Below are positions 28,483-39,805 of a stretch of DNA of 64,000 bases, piece after piece. Every line of letters begins with the position of its first letter. Within the stretch, counting starts at the first letter, position 1. Location: positions 84,986 through 148,985 of the forward strand of contig CACODT010000001.1 of NCBI GenBank assembly GCA_902626065.1, written 5' to 3'. This DNA is from an uncultured Candidatus Actinomarina sp. (GTDB lineage Bacteria; Actinomycetota; Acidimicrobiia; Actinomarinales; Actinomarinaceae). The translations under genes and the position numbers were made by a program. Under the pieces are notes generated by a model, which ran no database searches, was not told the origin of the DNA, and saw nothing but the letters and a program-made list of their open reading frames with translations.

Positions 28483-29249
28483 AACTTTAAAGAGTCTAAT
28501 TCTAAATAATTACTGTTGGAGCGGAAATAACCAACATTGATACATTGAGTAGAACCGATTTTCCACACATATGCTTTTGGTTGATGGACATCACCAAATA
28601 TAGAAAATTTTGGCTGTTTATCCTCTATAAATTTTTTTAATACTTTCCAGCCTTGTTCTTTTTTATTTGTTATAACGTCAGTAATTAATTCATCAACATA
28701 AGGAGGTGCGTGTGTACAAATTATATCTATATCACCTAAGTTCTCTAATTTTAATTCAAAAGCTTCCTCTGTAATTTCTCCCCTTGCATTTATAGGAGTA
28801 GGAACTCCTCCCCCAGCAAATCCAATTTTTATTTCTTTGTGACTCAGAACTTGACCATCAATATTTGTGATATTTTTTGTTTTGGTTTCTTCAAGAATAT
28901 CAATTGAATCAACATTTCCAGGTATTAAATAAACTTCAAAATTTTTTAATTTATCAAAAACCTCAACATACTGCCTTTGTATTGAGTCTTGTATTTGTTG
29001 TTGCTTTAATTTTTTATCTTCCGAAAATAATTGTTCCCACATTTTTTTTCTCTTAGAAAAATCATGTTTTTTTCTAAGTTCGATTAGCTCTTGAACATTT
29101 TCTTCACCAAAAACATCTTTGGCTATTCCATCTCCATTTCGATAATCGATCCAATTAATTAAATCACCTAAAATTACAATTGGACCTTTATCTCGTGGTA
29201 AATTATCTAGAGAATCTAATCCGTGATGTATGTCTGAAATAAATATCAT
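28479..29249 (-). CDS. Calcineurin-like metallophosphoesterase
   Basis: ISDIHHG, ILGDLIN, IPGNVD and ICTHAPP motifs in canonical order. Confidence 0.7.
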   Translation of the reverse strand: MIFISDIHHGLDSLDNLPRDKGPIVILGDLINWIDYRNGDGIAKDVFGEENVQELIELRKKHDFSKRKKMWEQLFSEDKKLKQQQIQDSIQRQYVEVFDKLKNFEVYLIPGNVDSIDILEETKTKNITNIDGQVLSHKEIKIGFAGGGVPTPINARGEITEEAFELKLENLGDIDIICTHAPPYVDELITDVITNKKEQGWKVLKKFIEDKQPKFSIFGDVHQPKAYVWKIGSTQCINVGYFRSNSNYLELDSLKL

Positions 29250-29256
29250 TCTTTAT

Positions 29257-30918
29257 TTATGATGTAACGGCCCCTGTATCAGCTCCTGAAACTAATTTTG
29301 AATACTTATTAAGTACACCTGATTTATATCTAGGTTCAGGAAGTTTATACGATTTTAATCTTTTGTTAATTTCTGATTTTGAAATATTAAGATTCAATTC
29401 TCTTTTAATTAAATTTAAATTAATTACATCACCATTTTGACAAATTGATATTGGTCCTAAATCAAAACTTTCGGGAGTTACATGTCCTATACATAAACCA
29501 GTGGTACCACCTGAAAATCTTCCGTCCGTAATAAGTAATACCTCTTTACCAAGTCCAGCACCTTTAATTGCCGCAGTTATCTGAAGCATCTCTCTCATTC
29601 CAGGTCCACCTTTTGGTCCTTCATTTCTAATGACAACTACATCGCCTTTATTAATTTCATTTTTAAATAAAGCATCTATGGCATCTTGTTCACTATCAAA
29701 AACGTTTGCGGGACCAGAAAATTCATCAATCTCTATACCAGCAGTTTTTACAACTGACCCATTGGGTGAAAGTGAACCCTTTAGGATGGCAATTCCACCT
29801 TCACTTGATATTGGATTATCAGGAAAAGATACTACATCTTGGTTTGTAGGTATTTTTATATTTTCCAAATTCTCACCCACTGTTTTTCCTGTCACGGTTA
29901 TACAGTTGGGGTCAATAAGTTTATTTTCAAGAAGAATTTTAGAAACTACAGGTACTCCTCCTATTCTATCTAAATCAACCATATGGTAATTTCCAAATGG
30001 TTTCATGTCAGCCAGATGTGGCACTGTTTTGCCTAATTCATTAAAAGTATCCAAGCTAAGATCGACTTTTGCTTCATAAGCTATAGCCAAAAGATGTAAA
30101 ACTGCATTTGTACTTCCTCCTAGTGCCAAAACAGTTGTAATAGCATTTTGAAAAGCTTGTGATGTCATAATATCTCTCGGTTTGATATCTTTTTTTAATA
30201 GGTGATTCAGCTGTAGTCCTGATTCTTTTGCAGCATTTCTTAATCTTGAATCTTCTGCTGGAATGGATGCAGTACCAGGTAGACTCATTCCAATTGCTTC
30301 ACCAACTGAGGCCATAGTATTTGCAGTAAACATTCCTGCACAAGAGCCTTGTCCTGGACATGCATTACATTCTATTTCATATAATTCTTCTTCTGTGATT
30401 ATCCCTTTTTCAAAAGCTCCTATTCCCTCAAAAACGTCAACTATTGAAATATCTTTACCTTTATAGCTCCCGGGAAGACTACTGCCCCCATACAAAAAAA
30501 TAGCTGGTCTATTAACTCTTGCCGATGCCATCAACATGCCGGGTAATGACTTATCACATCCAGCTATTGTGACCATTCCATCAAATCTTTCTGCGTGCAT
30601 GACTAGTTCAACTGAATCAGCAATTACTTCTCGAGAGACTAAAGAGGCTCTCATCCCCTCATGCCCCATGGATATTCCATCTGATACGGCTATAGTTGAA
30701 AAAATAAGACCTGCTGAATCTTCACCATTAACTCCTTCTTTTGCAAAGTTTGATAATTCAGGACCTGTTAAGTTGCAAGGTGTTACTTCGTTGCCAGCAG
30801 AGACAATGCCAACTTGAAATTTGTTAAAGTCGTCGTCTTTTAAACCTACTGCTCTTAACATTGCTCTAGCAGCAGATTTTTCTACACCTTGTGTTACATC
30901 ATCTGAAAATTTAGCCAT
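29257..30918 (-). CDS. ilvD: Dihydroxy-acid dehydratase
   Basis: [43 protein letters not shown] and TDGRFSGGT motifs. Confidence 0.95.
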   Translation of the reverse strand: MAKFSDDVTQGVEKSAARAMLRAVGLKDDDFNKFQVGIVSAGNEVTPCNLTGPELSNFAKEGVNGEDSAGLIFSTIAVSDGISMGHEGMRASLVSREVIADSVELVMHAERFDGMVTIAGCDKSLPGMLMASARVNRPAIFLYGGSSLPGSYKGKDISIVDVFEGIGAFEKGIITEEELYEIECNACPGQGSCAGMFTANTMASVGEAIGMSLPGTASIPAEDSRLRNAAKESGLQLNHLLKKDIKPRDIMTSQAFQNAITTVLALGGSTNAVLHLLAIAYEAKVDLSLDTFNELGKTVPHLADMKPFGNYHMVDLDRIGGVPVVSKILLENKLIDPNCITVTGKTVGENLENIKIPTNQDVVSFPDNPISSEGGIAILKGSLSPNGSVVKTAGIEIDEFSGPANVFDSEQDAIDALFKNEINKGDVVVIRNEGPKGGPGMREMLQITAAIKGAGLGKEVLLITDGRFSGGTTGLCIGHVTPESFDLGPISICQNGDVINLNLIKRELNLNISKSEINKRLKSYKLPEPRYKSGVLNKYSKLVSGADTGAVTS

Positions 30919-30949
30919 AAATAAAGAATAGATATACTTTACTATAAAA

Positions 30950-32035
30950 TCACTTAATTAAACGTTCGAATTCAGAAAGTACTTCTTTTGAATTTTCTGA
31001 TTTGTAGAAATTGTTCTTGTTAATAGTGTTTAACTTATCAACTCTCCACAACGCCCAAACAGAATAAAGTCTTATAATTTCACTGCTTGCATCTAGTAGT
31101 CGTTCGAATAATTTGTAACTATCCGATCTAGGATTATTTGCCAATGCTATTATTGCATTTCGTTTGAGATAATCTGCATTTCTTTTTGGTACGTAAAACC
31201 ATGAAAATTTAGAAATTAAGTTTTCATTGTCCATATTTATGATTTCATTTAGATCAACTTCATTTGAACTTTTTAAATTAATAAACTTATTTTGTCCTGG
31301 TGGACAGGACAAGAGACAATCATCACAACCATAAAATCTATTAGCAATTTTTATTCTCATTTCATGAGGAATTATTTTTGGAGATTGTAACCAATATGAT
31401 ATGCATTTCGTGGAATCAATTTGGTATTCATTATCAAGTGCCCCTGTAGGACAAGAGATCTGACATAAATTGCAAGTACCACAAGAATATGTTTTTTCAT
31501 CGAATGGCTTAAATTCTTTTTCTACATATAAATTTCCAATCAATTGCCAGGGACCTATGCCAGGAGCTAACATCATTGAACTTTTACCTTGCCATCCCAA
31601 ACCAGATTTTTGAAAAAATAATCTATCGTAATGGTTCGGGCTATCAATGAATTCTTGAGTCTTCAAATTTAATTTATCAAAATGTAATTTTAATTGATCT
31701 ATAAAATGTTTAATTGGTAAGTAGTAATCTTCAATGGCAAATCTAGCTATTGAACCATTACCAAGGGATGATGCAATATTTGTCTTATAATTCTCTCCGT
31801 AATTGTAACTTACAATAATACATGATTTTGCCCATTTAAATTTATCACCCAATCCAGAATAATCAGGGTTAGAAAAAGTAAATTTCATATCAGCATGCTT
31901 TTTTTTATTCTTAATGTTTTTTATTTCGGTAGATTTATTTTCTAAGGATGGAAGGCTAACTGCTGAAAGGTTAATATATTCAGGAATTTCAATACCGCTC
32001 TTATTAAGATAATTTATTACATTTATGTCTTTCAT
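30950..32035 (-). CDS. queG: tRNA epoxyqueuosine(34) reductase
   Basis: Two 4Fe-4S ferredoxin motifs ([15 protein letters not shown] and [12 protein letters not shown]) after a DUF1730-like N-terminal domain, with a HEAT-like C-terminus. Confidence 0.65.
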   Translation of the reverse strand: MKDINVINYLNKSGIEIPEYINLSAVSLPSLENKSTEIKNIKNKKKHADMKFTFSNPDYSGLGDKFKWAKSCIIVSYNYGENYKTNIASSLGNGSIARFAIEDYYLPIKHFIDQLKLHFDKLNLKTQEFIDSPNHYDRLFFQKSGLGWQGKSSMMLAPGIGPWQLIGNLYVEKEFKPFDEKTYSCGTCNLCQISCPTGALDNEYQIDSTKCISYWLQSPKIIPHEMRIKIANRFYGCDDCLLSCPPGQNKFINLKSSNEVDLNEIINMDNENLISKFSWFYVPKRNADYLKRNAIIALANNPRSDSYKLFERLLDASSEIIRLYSVWALWRVDKLNTINKNNFYKSENSKEVLSEFERLIK

Positions 32036-32065
32036 TTTTATCAGCTTTAACTATAGTTATTCGTA

Positions 32066-32116
32066 ATGAATATAAAAGTAAATTTCATTTCTTTACTAGT
32101 ATTAGTGCTTATGTAG
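32066..32116 (+). CDS. Putative ilvB leader peptide MNIKVNFISLLVLVLM
   Basis: 16-codon ORF (ATG 32066, TAG 32114-32116), 10 of whose 16 residues are Ile/Leu/Val. It ends immediately before a hairpin and a terminator upstream of ilvB. Confidence 0.55.
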   Translation: MNIKVNFISLLVLVLM

Positions 32117-32168
32117 CGCTCATTAGCTAGTATTGAGCGCCTCCCCAAAATTAGGGAGGTTTTTTTTT
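32116..32168 (+). terminator. Attenuator: hairpin gcgctca/tgagcgc followed by an intrinsic terminator (cctccc-N8-gggagg + T-run)
   Basis: A 7-bp perfect stem at 32116-32140. A GC-only 6-bp stem follows at ~32140-32159, then a run of at least 8 T. It lies ~10 nt upstream of the ilvB ATG on the same strand, with no upstream gene on that strand to terminate. Confidence 0.6.
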
Positions 32169-32177
32169 GGGAAAGAT

Positions 32178-33890
32178 ATGAGTGAAGAAAAATTAACTGG
32201 TGCCGAGCTTGTTGTAAGAAGTTTAGAATATATGAACATCTCAACCATTTTTGGTTTGCCTGGTGGTGCAATATTACCAGCCTATGATCCCTTATATGAT
32301 AGTCCAATTAGACATATCTTAGCTAGACATGAACAAGGCTCCGGGCATATGGCCGAAGGCTATGCTCAAGCAACAGGTGAACTTGGAGTTGTAATTGCTA
32401 CGTCTGGACCTGGGGCGACAAATCTCATTACTCCACTTACAAATGCCTTGATGGACTCAACTCCATTATTGGCTATAACCGGTCAAGTTGCTTCTGAAGC
32501 AATTGGTAATGATGCATTTCAAGAGGCTTATACAGTAGGTTTAACGATGGCAGCTACAAAGCATAATTATTTAATTACAAGCGCAGAAGAGATCCCACAA
32601 GTTTTGTTAGAAGCAAAACATATAGCAACTACAGGAAGACCTGGACCTGTCCTTGTTGATATTCCTAAAGATATTCTAAATCAAAAAGTTGAATGGATTG
32701 AACCTAAGTTAATTGATATGCCTGGATACAAACCCACTTTAGAACCAAATCCGAAAATGATAGCTCAAGCCGCCGAATTAATAAGAAAATCAAATAAACC
32801 TATTCTTTATGTAGGTGGGGGTATAATTCATTCCAAAGCAAATCAAGAACTTTTTGAACTTGCAACAAAATTCAAAATACCAGTTGTAACTACTTTAATG
32901 GGTAGAGGAGCATTTCCAGATGGTAATGAACTGTGTTTTGAAATGCCAGGAATGCATGGAAATTATACCGCTACAACGTCAATTCAAAAATCAGACCTTC
33001 TAATAGCTATCGGAGTAAGGTTTGATGATAGAGTAACTGCAAACCCCAAGTTCTTTGCTCAGAATGCGAAAGTAATACATGCTGATATAGATCCTGCGGA
33101 AATCGGAAAAATAAGAGAACCTGAAGTTCCAATCGTTGGAGATGCAAAAAGTGTAATTATTGGACTTACTCAACAATTGGAGGGATCCGAATTAAACACT
33201 TCGGAGTGGATTGACGAGCTAAATCAAATGAAAAAAGATTATCCCCTTTCATATAATCAAGAAGAAAAAGGTCCATTAAAGGTTCCTTTTGTTTTGGAAG
33301 AACTCCAAAAACTCTCAGAAGAAGACGCAATTGTAGTTTCTGGAGTAGGACAACATCAAATGTGGATTTCTCAACATTGGAACTTTACCTCACCCAATAC
33401 TTGGTTAAATTCGGGAGGACTTGGCACCATGGGATATTCATTACCTGCCGCTATAGGTGCAAAAGCTGCATACCCAGATCGTCAAATATTAGCTTTAGAT
33501 GGCGATGGTTGTTTTCAAATGACATGTCAAGAATTGATAACCGCTTCAACAGAAAACATTCCTATAAAAATTGTTGTTTTTAATAATGGAAATCACGGGA
33601 TGGTTAGACAATGGCAAAAAATATTTTATAAAAATAGATTTTCAGCATCTGAACTAACTCACCACACTCCTGACTATGTTGCATTAGCAGAATCTATGGG
33701 TGCTACCGGATTAAGGATGGTTGAAAAATCTGACGTTAAAAAAGTATTCCAAAAAATGTTAGAAATTGATGACAAGCCAGTATTAGTTGAATGTATTGTC
33801 GATCCAGAAGATATGGTATTCCCAATGGTTCCTGCAGGTGGAAGTAATGATGTCGTAATATTGAATGAGGATGATTTAAAAAAAATATGA
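32178..33890 (+). CDS. ilvB: Acetolactate synthase large subunit
   Basis: LTGAELVVRSLE N-terminus and the ThDP motif GLGTMGYSLPAAIGAK...DGDGCFQM...NN. The ORF-track TTG at 32133 runs through the terminator hairpin, so I took the in-frame ATG (MSEEKL). Confidence 0.95.
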   Translation: MSEEKLTGAELVVRSLEYMNISTIFGLPGGAILPAYDPLYDSPIRHILARHEQGSGHMAEGYAQATGELGVVIATSGPGATNLITPLTNALMDSTPLLAITGQVASEAIGNDAFQEAYTVGLTMAATKHNYLITSAEEIPQVLLEAKHIATTGRPGPVLVDIPKDILNQKVEWIEPKLIDMPGYKPTLEPNPKMIAQAAELIRKSNKPILYVGGGIIHSKANQELFELATKFKIPVVTTLMGRGAFPDGNELCFEMPGMHGNYTATTSIQKSDLLIAIGVRFDDRVTANPKFFAQNAKVIHADIDPAEIGKIREPEVPIVGDAKSVIIGLTQQLEGSELNTSEWIDELNQMKKDYPLSYNQEEKGPLKVPFVLEELQKLSEEDAIVVSGVGQHQMWISQHWNFTSPNTWLNSGGLGTMGYSLPAAIGAKAAYPDRQILALDGDGCFQMTCQELITASTENIPIKIVVFNNGNHGMVRQWQKIFYKNRFSASELTHHTPDYVALAESMGATGLRMVEKSDVKKVFQKMLEIDDKPVLVECIVDPEDMVFPMVPAGGSNDVVILNEDDLKKI

Positions 33891-34360
33891 GTGAAAGAAT
33901 TTTAAGTGTTCTTGTCGAAGATAAACCAGGTGTGTTAGCTAGAGTTGCATCAACAATATCTAGAAGAGGATTTAATATCAATTCACTAGCAGTTGGGCCA
34001 ACAAATATTGAAGGTAGATCAAAAATGACAATTGTTACAGAATTAGAGTCTGTTGAACAAGTCAAAAAACAATTAAACAAACTAATAAATGTAATAAAGA
34101 TTGTTGAGCTAGATCCAGAAAACACAATTGAGTCAGAAGTACTTTTATTGAAGGTATCTATTAATAAAGATACTCAAACTTCAGTAATTGAGAAAGCCTC
34201 TCTATCAGGCGCAAGGTCTGTAGATGTTGGACAGGATTACGCTGTATTTGAAATGACAGGATCTTCAAAAGATTTAGATAAATTAGAAAACTTATTGAAA
34301 CCATTTGGAATTATAGAAATGATAAGAGGTGGCAGAATAGCCATTCAAACTAAATTATAG
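33887..34360 (+). CDS. ilvN: Acetolactate synthase small (regulatory) subunit
   Basis: ACT-domain N-terminus [35 protein letters not shown]. Confidence 0.93.
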   Translation: MSERILSVLVEDKPGVLARVASTISRRGFNINSLAVGPTNIEGRSKMTIVTELESVEQVKKQLNKLINVIKIVELDPENTIESEVLLLKVSINKDTQTSVIEKASLSGARSVDVGQDYAVFEMTGSSKDLDKLENLLKPFGIIEMIRGGRIAIQTKL

Positions 34361-34368
34361 GAGGAATA

Positions 34369-35385
34369 TTGTCAACCAAAATAATATATGATGACTCAAT
34401 CGACGTTGAATTAATTAAGTCAAAAAAAGTAAGTGTTATAGGATTTGGAAGTCAAGGCCATGCACATTCTTTGAATCTACATGATTCAGGTGTAGATATA
34501 ACTGTGGGATTAAGGAAAGATTCAACTTCATTCGAAAGAGCAAAAAAAATGGGTCTAAAAGTAGATACTCTTGAAAATGCAACAAAACAAGCCGATGTTG
34601 TCATGTTGCTACTTCCCGATCAACTTATGGCAGACGTTTACGAAAAAGACATCGCACCACATATGAAAGACAATGCGACATTATTTTTTGCTCATGGGTT
34701 CAACATACATTTTGGAGAAATAATACCAAGAGAAGATATATCTATTGCCATGATTGCCCCAAAAGGACCTGGTCATTTATTAAGAAGAACTTATGAAGAA
34801 GGTTCTGGTATGCCATGCTTAGTGGCTGTTGAAAAAGATTTAAATGGGGATACAAAAGATTTGGCTTTATCTTATGCCTCTGCAATCGGTGGAGGTAGAG
34901 CTGGAGTCTTAAACACGACATTTAAAGAAGAGACTGAAACTGATTTATTTGGTGAACAAGTCGTTTTATGTGGAGGGCTAACTGAATTGATAAGAAATGG
35001 ATTTGAAACATTAGTTGAAGCAGGATATCAGCCAGAAAGTGCTTATTTTGAAACATTACACGAAGTTAAATTAATCGTTGATCTTATGTATGAGGGTGGA
35101 TTTGAGTGGATGAGACATTCTATTTCCGACACAGCTGAATATGGAGATTTTTCAAGAGGTTCAAGAATAATTACAAATGAAACGAAAAAAGAAATGAAAA
35201 AAGTTCTAGAAGAAATTCAATCGGGAGCTTTTGCAAAAGAATGGATGTCACAAGCTCGTGAAGGGTCACCATACCTCAAACAGGAGCGTGAAAAAGCATC
35301 AAAACATCAACTTGAAAATATTGGTAAAGAATTAAGGGATATGATGCCATTTTTAAATGCAAAGGATATCAAAAAGGATATATGA
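34369..35385 (+). CDS. ilvC: Ketol-acid reductoisomerase (class I)
   Basis: [24 protein letters not shown] and [11 protein letters not shown] motifs. TTG start preceded by AGGAGG. Confidence 0.95.
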   Translation: MSTKIIYDDSIDVELIKSKKVSVIGFGSQGHAHSLNLHDSGVDITVGLRKDSTSFERAKKMGLKVDTLENATKQADVVMLLLPDQLMADVYEKDIAPHMKDNATLFFAHGFNIHFGEIIPREDISIAMIAPKGPGHLLRRTYEEGSGMPCLVAVEKDLNGDTKDLALSYASAIGGGRAGVLNTTFKEETETDLFGEQVVLCGGLTELIRNGFETLVEAGYQPESAYFETLHEVKLIVDLMYEGGFEWMRHSISDTAEYGDFSRGSRIITNETKKEMKKVLEEIQSGAFAKEWMSQAREGSPYLKQEREKASKHQLENIGKELRDMMPFLNAKDIKKDI

Positions 35386-36872
35386 GTTCAGACCAACTAG
35401 TAATTTTTGATACCACTTTGAGAGATGGTGAGCAGAGTCCAGGAATTGCATTAACACCCTCCGAAAAGCTTCTGATAGCACAACAGCTTGAAAAATTAAA
35501 AGTTGATGTAATAGAAGCTGGATTTGCAGCCTCATCCCCTGGTGATTGGGATGGTGTCAATCTAATTGCACAAAATATCAAAAATTCAAAAATCGCCTCT
35601 TTAGCAAGATGTGTTCAAGAAGACATAGAGCAAGCCCACGAAGCGATTAAAGTTGCAAAGGAATCAAGGATACATGTTTTCACCTCTACTTCAGATATTC
35701 ACATGGAACACATGCTCAGAAAGACAAAAGAAGAAGTTCTTAAAGATGCAAAAGAATCTGTAAAATTCGCAAAAAAGTTGTGTGATGATGTTGAGTTTTC
35801 CGCTCAAGATGCAACTAGAACAGATCATGATTTTCTTATAGAAATTCTTAAGGTTGCTGTTGAAGAAGGGGCGACTACTATCAACGTTCCAGACACCGTT
35901 GGGTATGCAACACCGAATGACTACTTGGAGCTCTTAACAAAAGTATTTAATGATGTAAGGGGAAGAAACGAAGATGTTATTATTTCAACTCATTGCCACA
36001 ACGATCTTGGATTGGCAGTAGCAAATTCTTTAACTGCAATAAACGCAGGTGCAAGACAAATAGAAGGTGCAATTAATGGAATAGGAGAAAGAGCAGGAAA
36101 TACATCAACTGAAGAAATTATTATGGCTGTAAAAACAAGACAAGACCAGTACGGAGTTAATATCAATGCTGAAACTACAGAAATCTCAGAAACATCAAGA
36201 CTCGTCTCAAAGCTAACAGGATATCCTGTTCAATATAATAAAGCCGTTGTCGGAAGAAATGCATTTAGTCACGAATCAGGAATACATCAACATGGATATT
36301 TAAGAAATACTATGACTTATGAAATAATGACTCCAGACTCAGTTGGACAAGAATCAAAAATTGTTCTTGGAAAGCATTCAGGACGAGCTGGCTTTAAAGA
36401 TGCGATAAAAAAATTAAATATTGATTTAGATGAGGAGACATTTAATTTAAGTTTTGATAAGTTTAAAAAATTAGCCGATAGAAAAGGCGAGATTGTGGAA
36501 AATGAGCTCAGAGCAATTATTGGCCAAGTAGAAATTAATGAAGCACCCGTTAAGTTGGTATCTGTAGCTGTTAACAGTAAAGATCAATTTGCTTCAGCAA
36601 AAATAACACTAAGTGTAAATGGTGAAAACAAAACACAAGAAGCCGAGGGCGATGGTATGATTCACGCTGCATTTAAAGCTGTAAAAGAAATTTTAAAATC
36701 TGAAGCAGTTTTGATTGACTACAGAGTAGAGAGTATTACTAAAGGAGCAGATGCTACTGCCGAAATTGTAACTATCATTAATGATGGTCACAATCTGAAA
36801 CAAGGAAGGTCAGTGTCAACTGATGTTGTTCAAGGATCGGTTGAGTCATTCTTGAATGCATTAAATAAATAA
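35382..36872 (+). CDS. leuA: 2-isopropylmalate synthase (short form; citramalate synthase cannot be excluded)
   Basis: [27 protein letters not shown] and NGIGERAGN motifs, plus a C-terminal LeuA-dimer regulatory domain. Confidence 0.8.
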   Translation: MSSDQLVIFDTTLRDGEQSPGIALTPSEKLLIAQQLEKLKVDVIEAGFAASSPGDWDGVNLIAQNIKNSKIASLARCVQEDIEQAHEAIKVAKESRIHVFTSTSDIHMEHMLRKTKEEVLKDAKESVKFAKKLCDDVEFSAQDATRTDHDFLIEILKVAVEEGATTINVPDTVGYATPNDYLELLTKVFNDVRGRNEDVIISTHCHNDLGLAVANSLTAINAGARQIEGAINGIGERAGNTSTEEIIMAVKTRQDQYGVNINAETTEISETSRLVSKLTGYPVQYNKAVVGRNAFSHESGIHQHGYLRNTMTYEIMTPDSVGQESKIVLGKHSGRAGFKDAIKKLNIDLDEETFNLSFDKFKKLADRKGEIVENELRAIIGQVEINEAPVKLVSVAVNSKDQFASAKITLSVNGENKTQEAEGDGMIHAAFKAVKEILKSEAVLIDYRVESITKGADATAEIVTIINDGHNLKQGRSVSTDVVQGSVESFLNALNK

Positions 36873-36873
36873 T

Positions 36874-37938
36874 ATGAAAAAATATAAAATATCAATTATC
36901 GGTGGAGATGGCACAGGTCCAGAAGTTGTTAAAGAGACAATAAAAATCTTAGATCACACAAAGTCAAAATTTGATGTTGATTTTAATTTTGTCGAAAATG
37001 ATCTTGGTGGAGATAGATTTTTAAAAACTAGTCACCTGGTTACTAAATCCGATCTTAATGAACTTGGTGAGAGTGATGCAATCTTACTTGGTGCAATAGG
37101 TCATCCGGATGTAAAACCTGGAATTCTAGAACAAGGAATTCTTTTAAAATTAAGAAAAGAATTTGATCAATACATAAACCTCAGACCCGTTGTCTTGTAC
37201 CCCGGTGTTGAAACCCCGTTAGCTAACAAGACACCTGAAGATATAAATTTTGTTGTAGTTAGAGAGAATACAGAAGGTCTTTATGCTGGAGCTGGTGGTT
37301 TTATTCATTATGGAACAGAAAAAGAAGTTGCTACCCAAGAATCAATAAATACTAGAAGTGCTATTCAACGATGCATTGAGTATGCATTTGAGTTTACAAG
37401 TAAAAATAATAGAAAAAAAATAACTCTGTGTGCTAAAACAAATGTCCTTACATATGCGCACGACTTATGGGAAAGAGTATTTTATGAAGTTGCAGAAAAA
37501 TATCCCGATATAGAAACGGATTATGGACACGTTGATGCAGTTTGTATGTGGATGGTTAAAAATCCTGAATGGTTTGATGTTATCGTCACTGATAACATGT
37601 TTGGAGATATCATTACCGACCTTGGTGCAATGATTCAAGGTGGAATGGGGATTGCTGCTGGAGGAAATATAAATCCTAATGGTGTATCGATGTTTGAACC
37701 TATTGGAGGATCTGCTCCTAAATATACTGGTAAAAATGTCATTAACCCACTGGCATGTATTGCTGCAGCATCAATGATGCTAAATAACCTTGGTGAGGAA
37801 GAGTACGCTAAAGAATTAGAAAATGCAATTATTAAAACTGCACAAAAACTTGATTCCCTCTCTGCCGGAAAAATGGGTATGAGCACATCCGAAGTTGGTG
37901 ATATGGTTAAAGATCTTGCCTTAACTAATGGAAAGTGA
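36874..37938 (+). CDS. leuB: 3-isopropylmalate dehydrogenase
   Basis: [23 protein letters not shown] and [10 protein letters not shown] motifs. Confidence 0.85.
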   Translation: MKKYKISIIGGDGTGPEVVKETIKILDHTKSKFDVDFNFVENDLGGDRFLKTSHLVTKSDLNELGESDAILLGAIGHPDVKPGILEQGILLKLRKEFDQYINLRPVVLYPGVETPLANKTPEDINFVVVRENTEGLYAGAGGFIHYGTEKEVATQESINTRSAIQRCIEYAFEFTSKNNRKKITLCAKTNVLTYAHDLWERVFYEVAEKYPDIETDYGHVDAVCMWMVKNPEWFDVIVTDNMFGDIITDLGAMIQGGMGIAAGGNINPNGVSMFEPIGGSAPKYTGKNVINPLACIAAASMMLNNLGEEEYAKELENAIIKTAQKLDSLSAGKMGMSTSEVGDMVKDLALTNGK

Positions 37939-38533
37939 AAAAACTTATCTTCAAAATCTAATATTGAACCGAAAAGTTGTAAGGAATTACGTTGAGTCTG
38001 ATAAAACATTTCCTGCTCTTAAAGAAATTCCAAAATTAACAATAAAAATACCTACGGCAGGATTTTCTAGGGGTATAGAAATAATTTCTATTACAAGTAA
38101 AACTAACATTAATAAATTGGCATATTTTGCAAATGAAGAAAGTTATTTAAAAAAAGGATTTGGTAAATGGATATCAAACTCCAAAGCAATTTTTTTGATA
38201 TTGATAAATCAAGAAGCATATCATGAAAGATACGAAAAAATGGATAAACAAAATGAAACAAATTCAACTAGTTGGAGTGTTCCCTATTGGTATGTGGATG
38301 CAGGAGCAGCAATGATGAATTGTATGTTATTAATTGATGAAACTGGTCTAAAAAGTGGCTTTCTTGGCTCACACAATATGGCTATAAGTGAAATTAAATC
38401 TTTACTCAAAATTCCAGAAAATATTGAGATATTAGGATTTGTGACTGCTGGGGTTGAGGACACTACGAACCGAAACAATAAACAAAAAACTAGTCAAAAA
38501 AAACTTATACATGAAGAAATTTATGAAAAGTAA
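37928..38533 (+). CDS. Nitroreductase-family protein
   Basis: N-terminal ILNRKVVRNY (RRSxRxF-like) and central PYWYVDAGAAMMNCML. Moderate resemblance only. Confidence 0.45.
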   Translation: MESEKTYLQNLILNRKVVRNYVESDKTFPALKEIPKLTIKIPTAGFSRGIEIISITSKTNINKLAYFANEESYLKKGFGKWISNSKAIFLILINQEAYHERYEKMDKQNETNSTSWSVPYWYVDAGAAMMNCMLLIDETGLKSGFLGSHNMAISEIKSLLKIPENIEILGFVTAGVEDTTNRNNKQKTSQKKLIHEEIYEK

Positions 38534-39317
38534 AGATATATCCTCTCTTGCAAATCCAGAGCTTAAGTTTTTGCTTTCTTTAAGAAAAAATAAAATAAGA
38601 AAAAAAGAAGAGAAGTCATTGGCTGAAGGATATAGAGAAAATATACAATTAATTAAATCAAACTATGCAATCGATACACTTTATATTTGTGACGATCTCT
38701 TCATGGGTGAAAATAATTTTGAACTAGTTGATAAATTTAAAAATAAAAACATTCGAATAATTAAATTATCTAAAAAAGTTTTTGCAGCATTATCGTATCG
38801 TGATAAGTCAGATGGAATTATTTCACTATTTAAAACTAAAGACTTGAGCTTAATAGATAATCCCCTATCTGGTCCAATACTAATCGCTGATAAAATTGAA
38901 AAACCTGGGAACCTTGGAACAATGATTCGAACGGCTAGATCTTTCAATATTAAAAATATAATCGCTTCCGATAGCGTAACAGATATTTACAATCCCAATG
39001 TTATTAGATCGTCAATCGGACATATTTTTAATATAAATATATATTCAGAAAAATCAAAAAAGATTGTTCCTTTTCTAAAAAATTTAAATTACCAGATTAT
39101 TTCATTAGATCCATCTTCAGACAAAAGTATTAATTCTTTTAAACCAAATAGAAATTATGCACTTGTGATTGGATCAGAACAATATGGTATTTCTGAAATA
39201 TGGAAGAAAAATTCAAATGAAATTTTAAAAATAGATTCAGGAGCACATGTTGATTCATTGAATGCCTCAAGCGCAGCTGCAATAGCTATGTGGGAAATAT
39301 ATAAAAATTATGAATGA
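38523..39317 (+). CDS. TrmH/SpoU-family RNA 2'-O-methyltransferase
   Basis: KPGNLGTMIRTA, LVIGSEQYGIS and SLNASSAAAIAMWE motifs. I chose the internal ATG (MKSKDISS) because the longer ORF call overlaps the upstream gene by 80 nt. Confidence 0.75.
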   Translation: MKSKDISSLANPELKFLLSLRKNKIRKKEEKSLAEGYRENIQLIKSNYAIDTLYICDDLFMGENNFELVDKFKNKNIRIIKLSKKVFAALSYRDKSDGIISLFKTKDLSLIDNPLSGPILIADKIEKPGNLGTMIRTARSFNIKNIIASDSVTDIYNPNVIRSSIGHIFNINIYSEKSKKIVPFLKNLNYQIISLDPSSDKSINSFKPNRNYALVIGSEQYGISEIWKKNSNEILKIDSGAHVDSLNASSAAAIAMWEIYKNYE

Positions 39318-39801
39318 TACATTATGTATTTTGGATATTGAAACAACTGGGTTCGAACCTAACAATTCGGAAATATTAGAAATTTATATTTTAAAAGTAA
39401 AAGATTATCAAATAATTGACGAATTTTATAGTTTATTTAAACCAAATAACAAAATTGAAAATTCACATATACATGGCATAACTGATGAAAAGGTCAAAAA
39501 TGCACCTATCTTTTCAGATATGAGTCAAAAAATTACAAGCTTTGTTGAAAATTCAATATTAGTTGGGCACAATATAAATCACTTTGATTTGAAATTTTTA
39601 AATCATTATTTGCATGATCCTCTTAAAAATAAAACAATTGACACTGTTAACCTAAGTAGAAAAAAATTAGGAAAAATAATTAAAAATCATAAGTTACTAA
39701 CAATTGCAAAATATTTTAAAGTTTCTTTACCAACACATTCTGCAAAAGATGATGTAATGACTACATTTGAAATTTATAAAAAACTATCGTCAATAGAATA
39801 A
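39310..39801 (+). CDS. DEDDh 3'-5' exonuclease (DnaQ/epsilon-like domain protein)
   Basis: Exo I LDIETTG, Exo II VGHNINHFDLKFL and Exo III HSAKDDVMTT motifs. Confidence 0.75.
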   Translation: MNDTLCILDIETTGFEPNNSEILEIYILKVKDYQIIDEFYSLFKPNNKIENSHIHGITDEKVKNAPIFSDMSQKITSFVENSILVGHNINHFDLKFLNHYLHDPLKNKTIDTVNLSRKKLGKIIKNHKLLTIAKYFKVSLPTHSAKDDVMTTFEIYKKLSSIE

Positions 39802-39805
39802 GCTA

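Noticed and set aside
29630-30817. Several 67-119-aa plus-strand ORFs inside ilvD. Similar antisense or alternative-frame ORFs occur in ftsZ (10762-11219), ileS, murE, ilvB/ilvN (33736-34125), leuB (37635-38009), the MMPL gene (50526-50864, 51572-51848) and dnaE (1034-1279).
   Set aside because: These are shadow ORFs within strongly conserved, locally GC-richer genes. Their translations are low-complexity with no motifs, and the overlapping annotated genes fully explain the sequence.
32047-32307. An 86-aa minus-strand ORF, and the TTG-extended 5' end of the ilvB ORF call (32133-32177).
   Set aside because: Both run through the terminator hairpin and T-run of the ilvB leader. Conserved IlvB sequence begins at the in-frame ATG (MSEEKLTGAELV). 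The minus-strand ORF has no recognisable features and is antisense to ilvB.
35382-36872. Re-annotating leuA as citramalate synthase (cimA), because leuCD are absent from the operon.
   Set aside because: The motifs I can read are shared by LeuA and CimA. Without a phylogeny or a specificity-residue alignment the distinction cannot be made, so the call stays leuA with the caveat stated.
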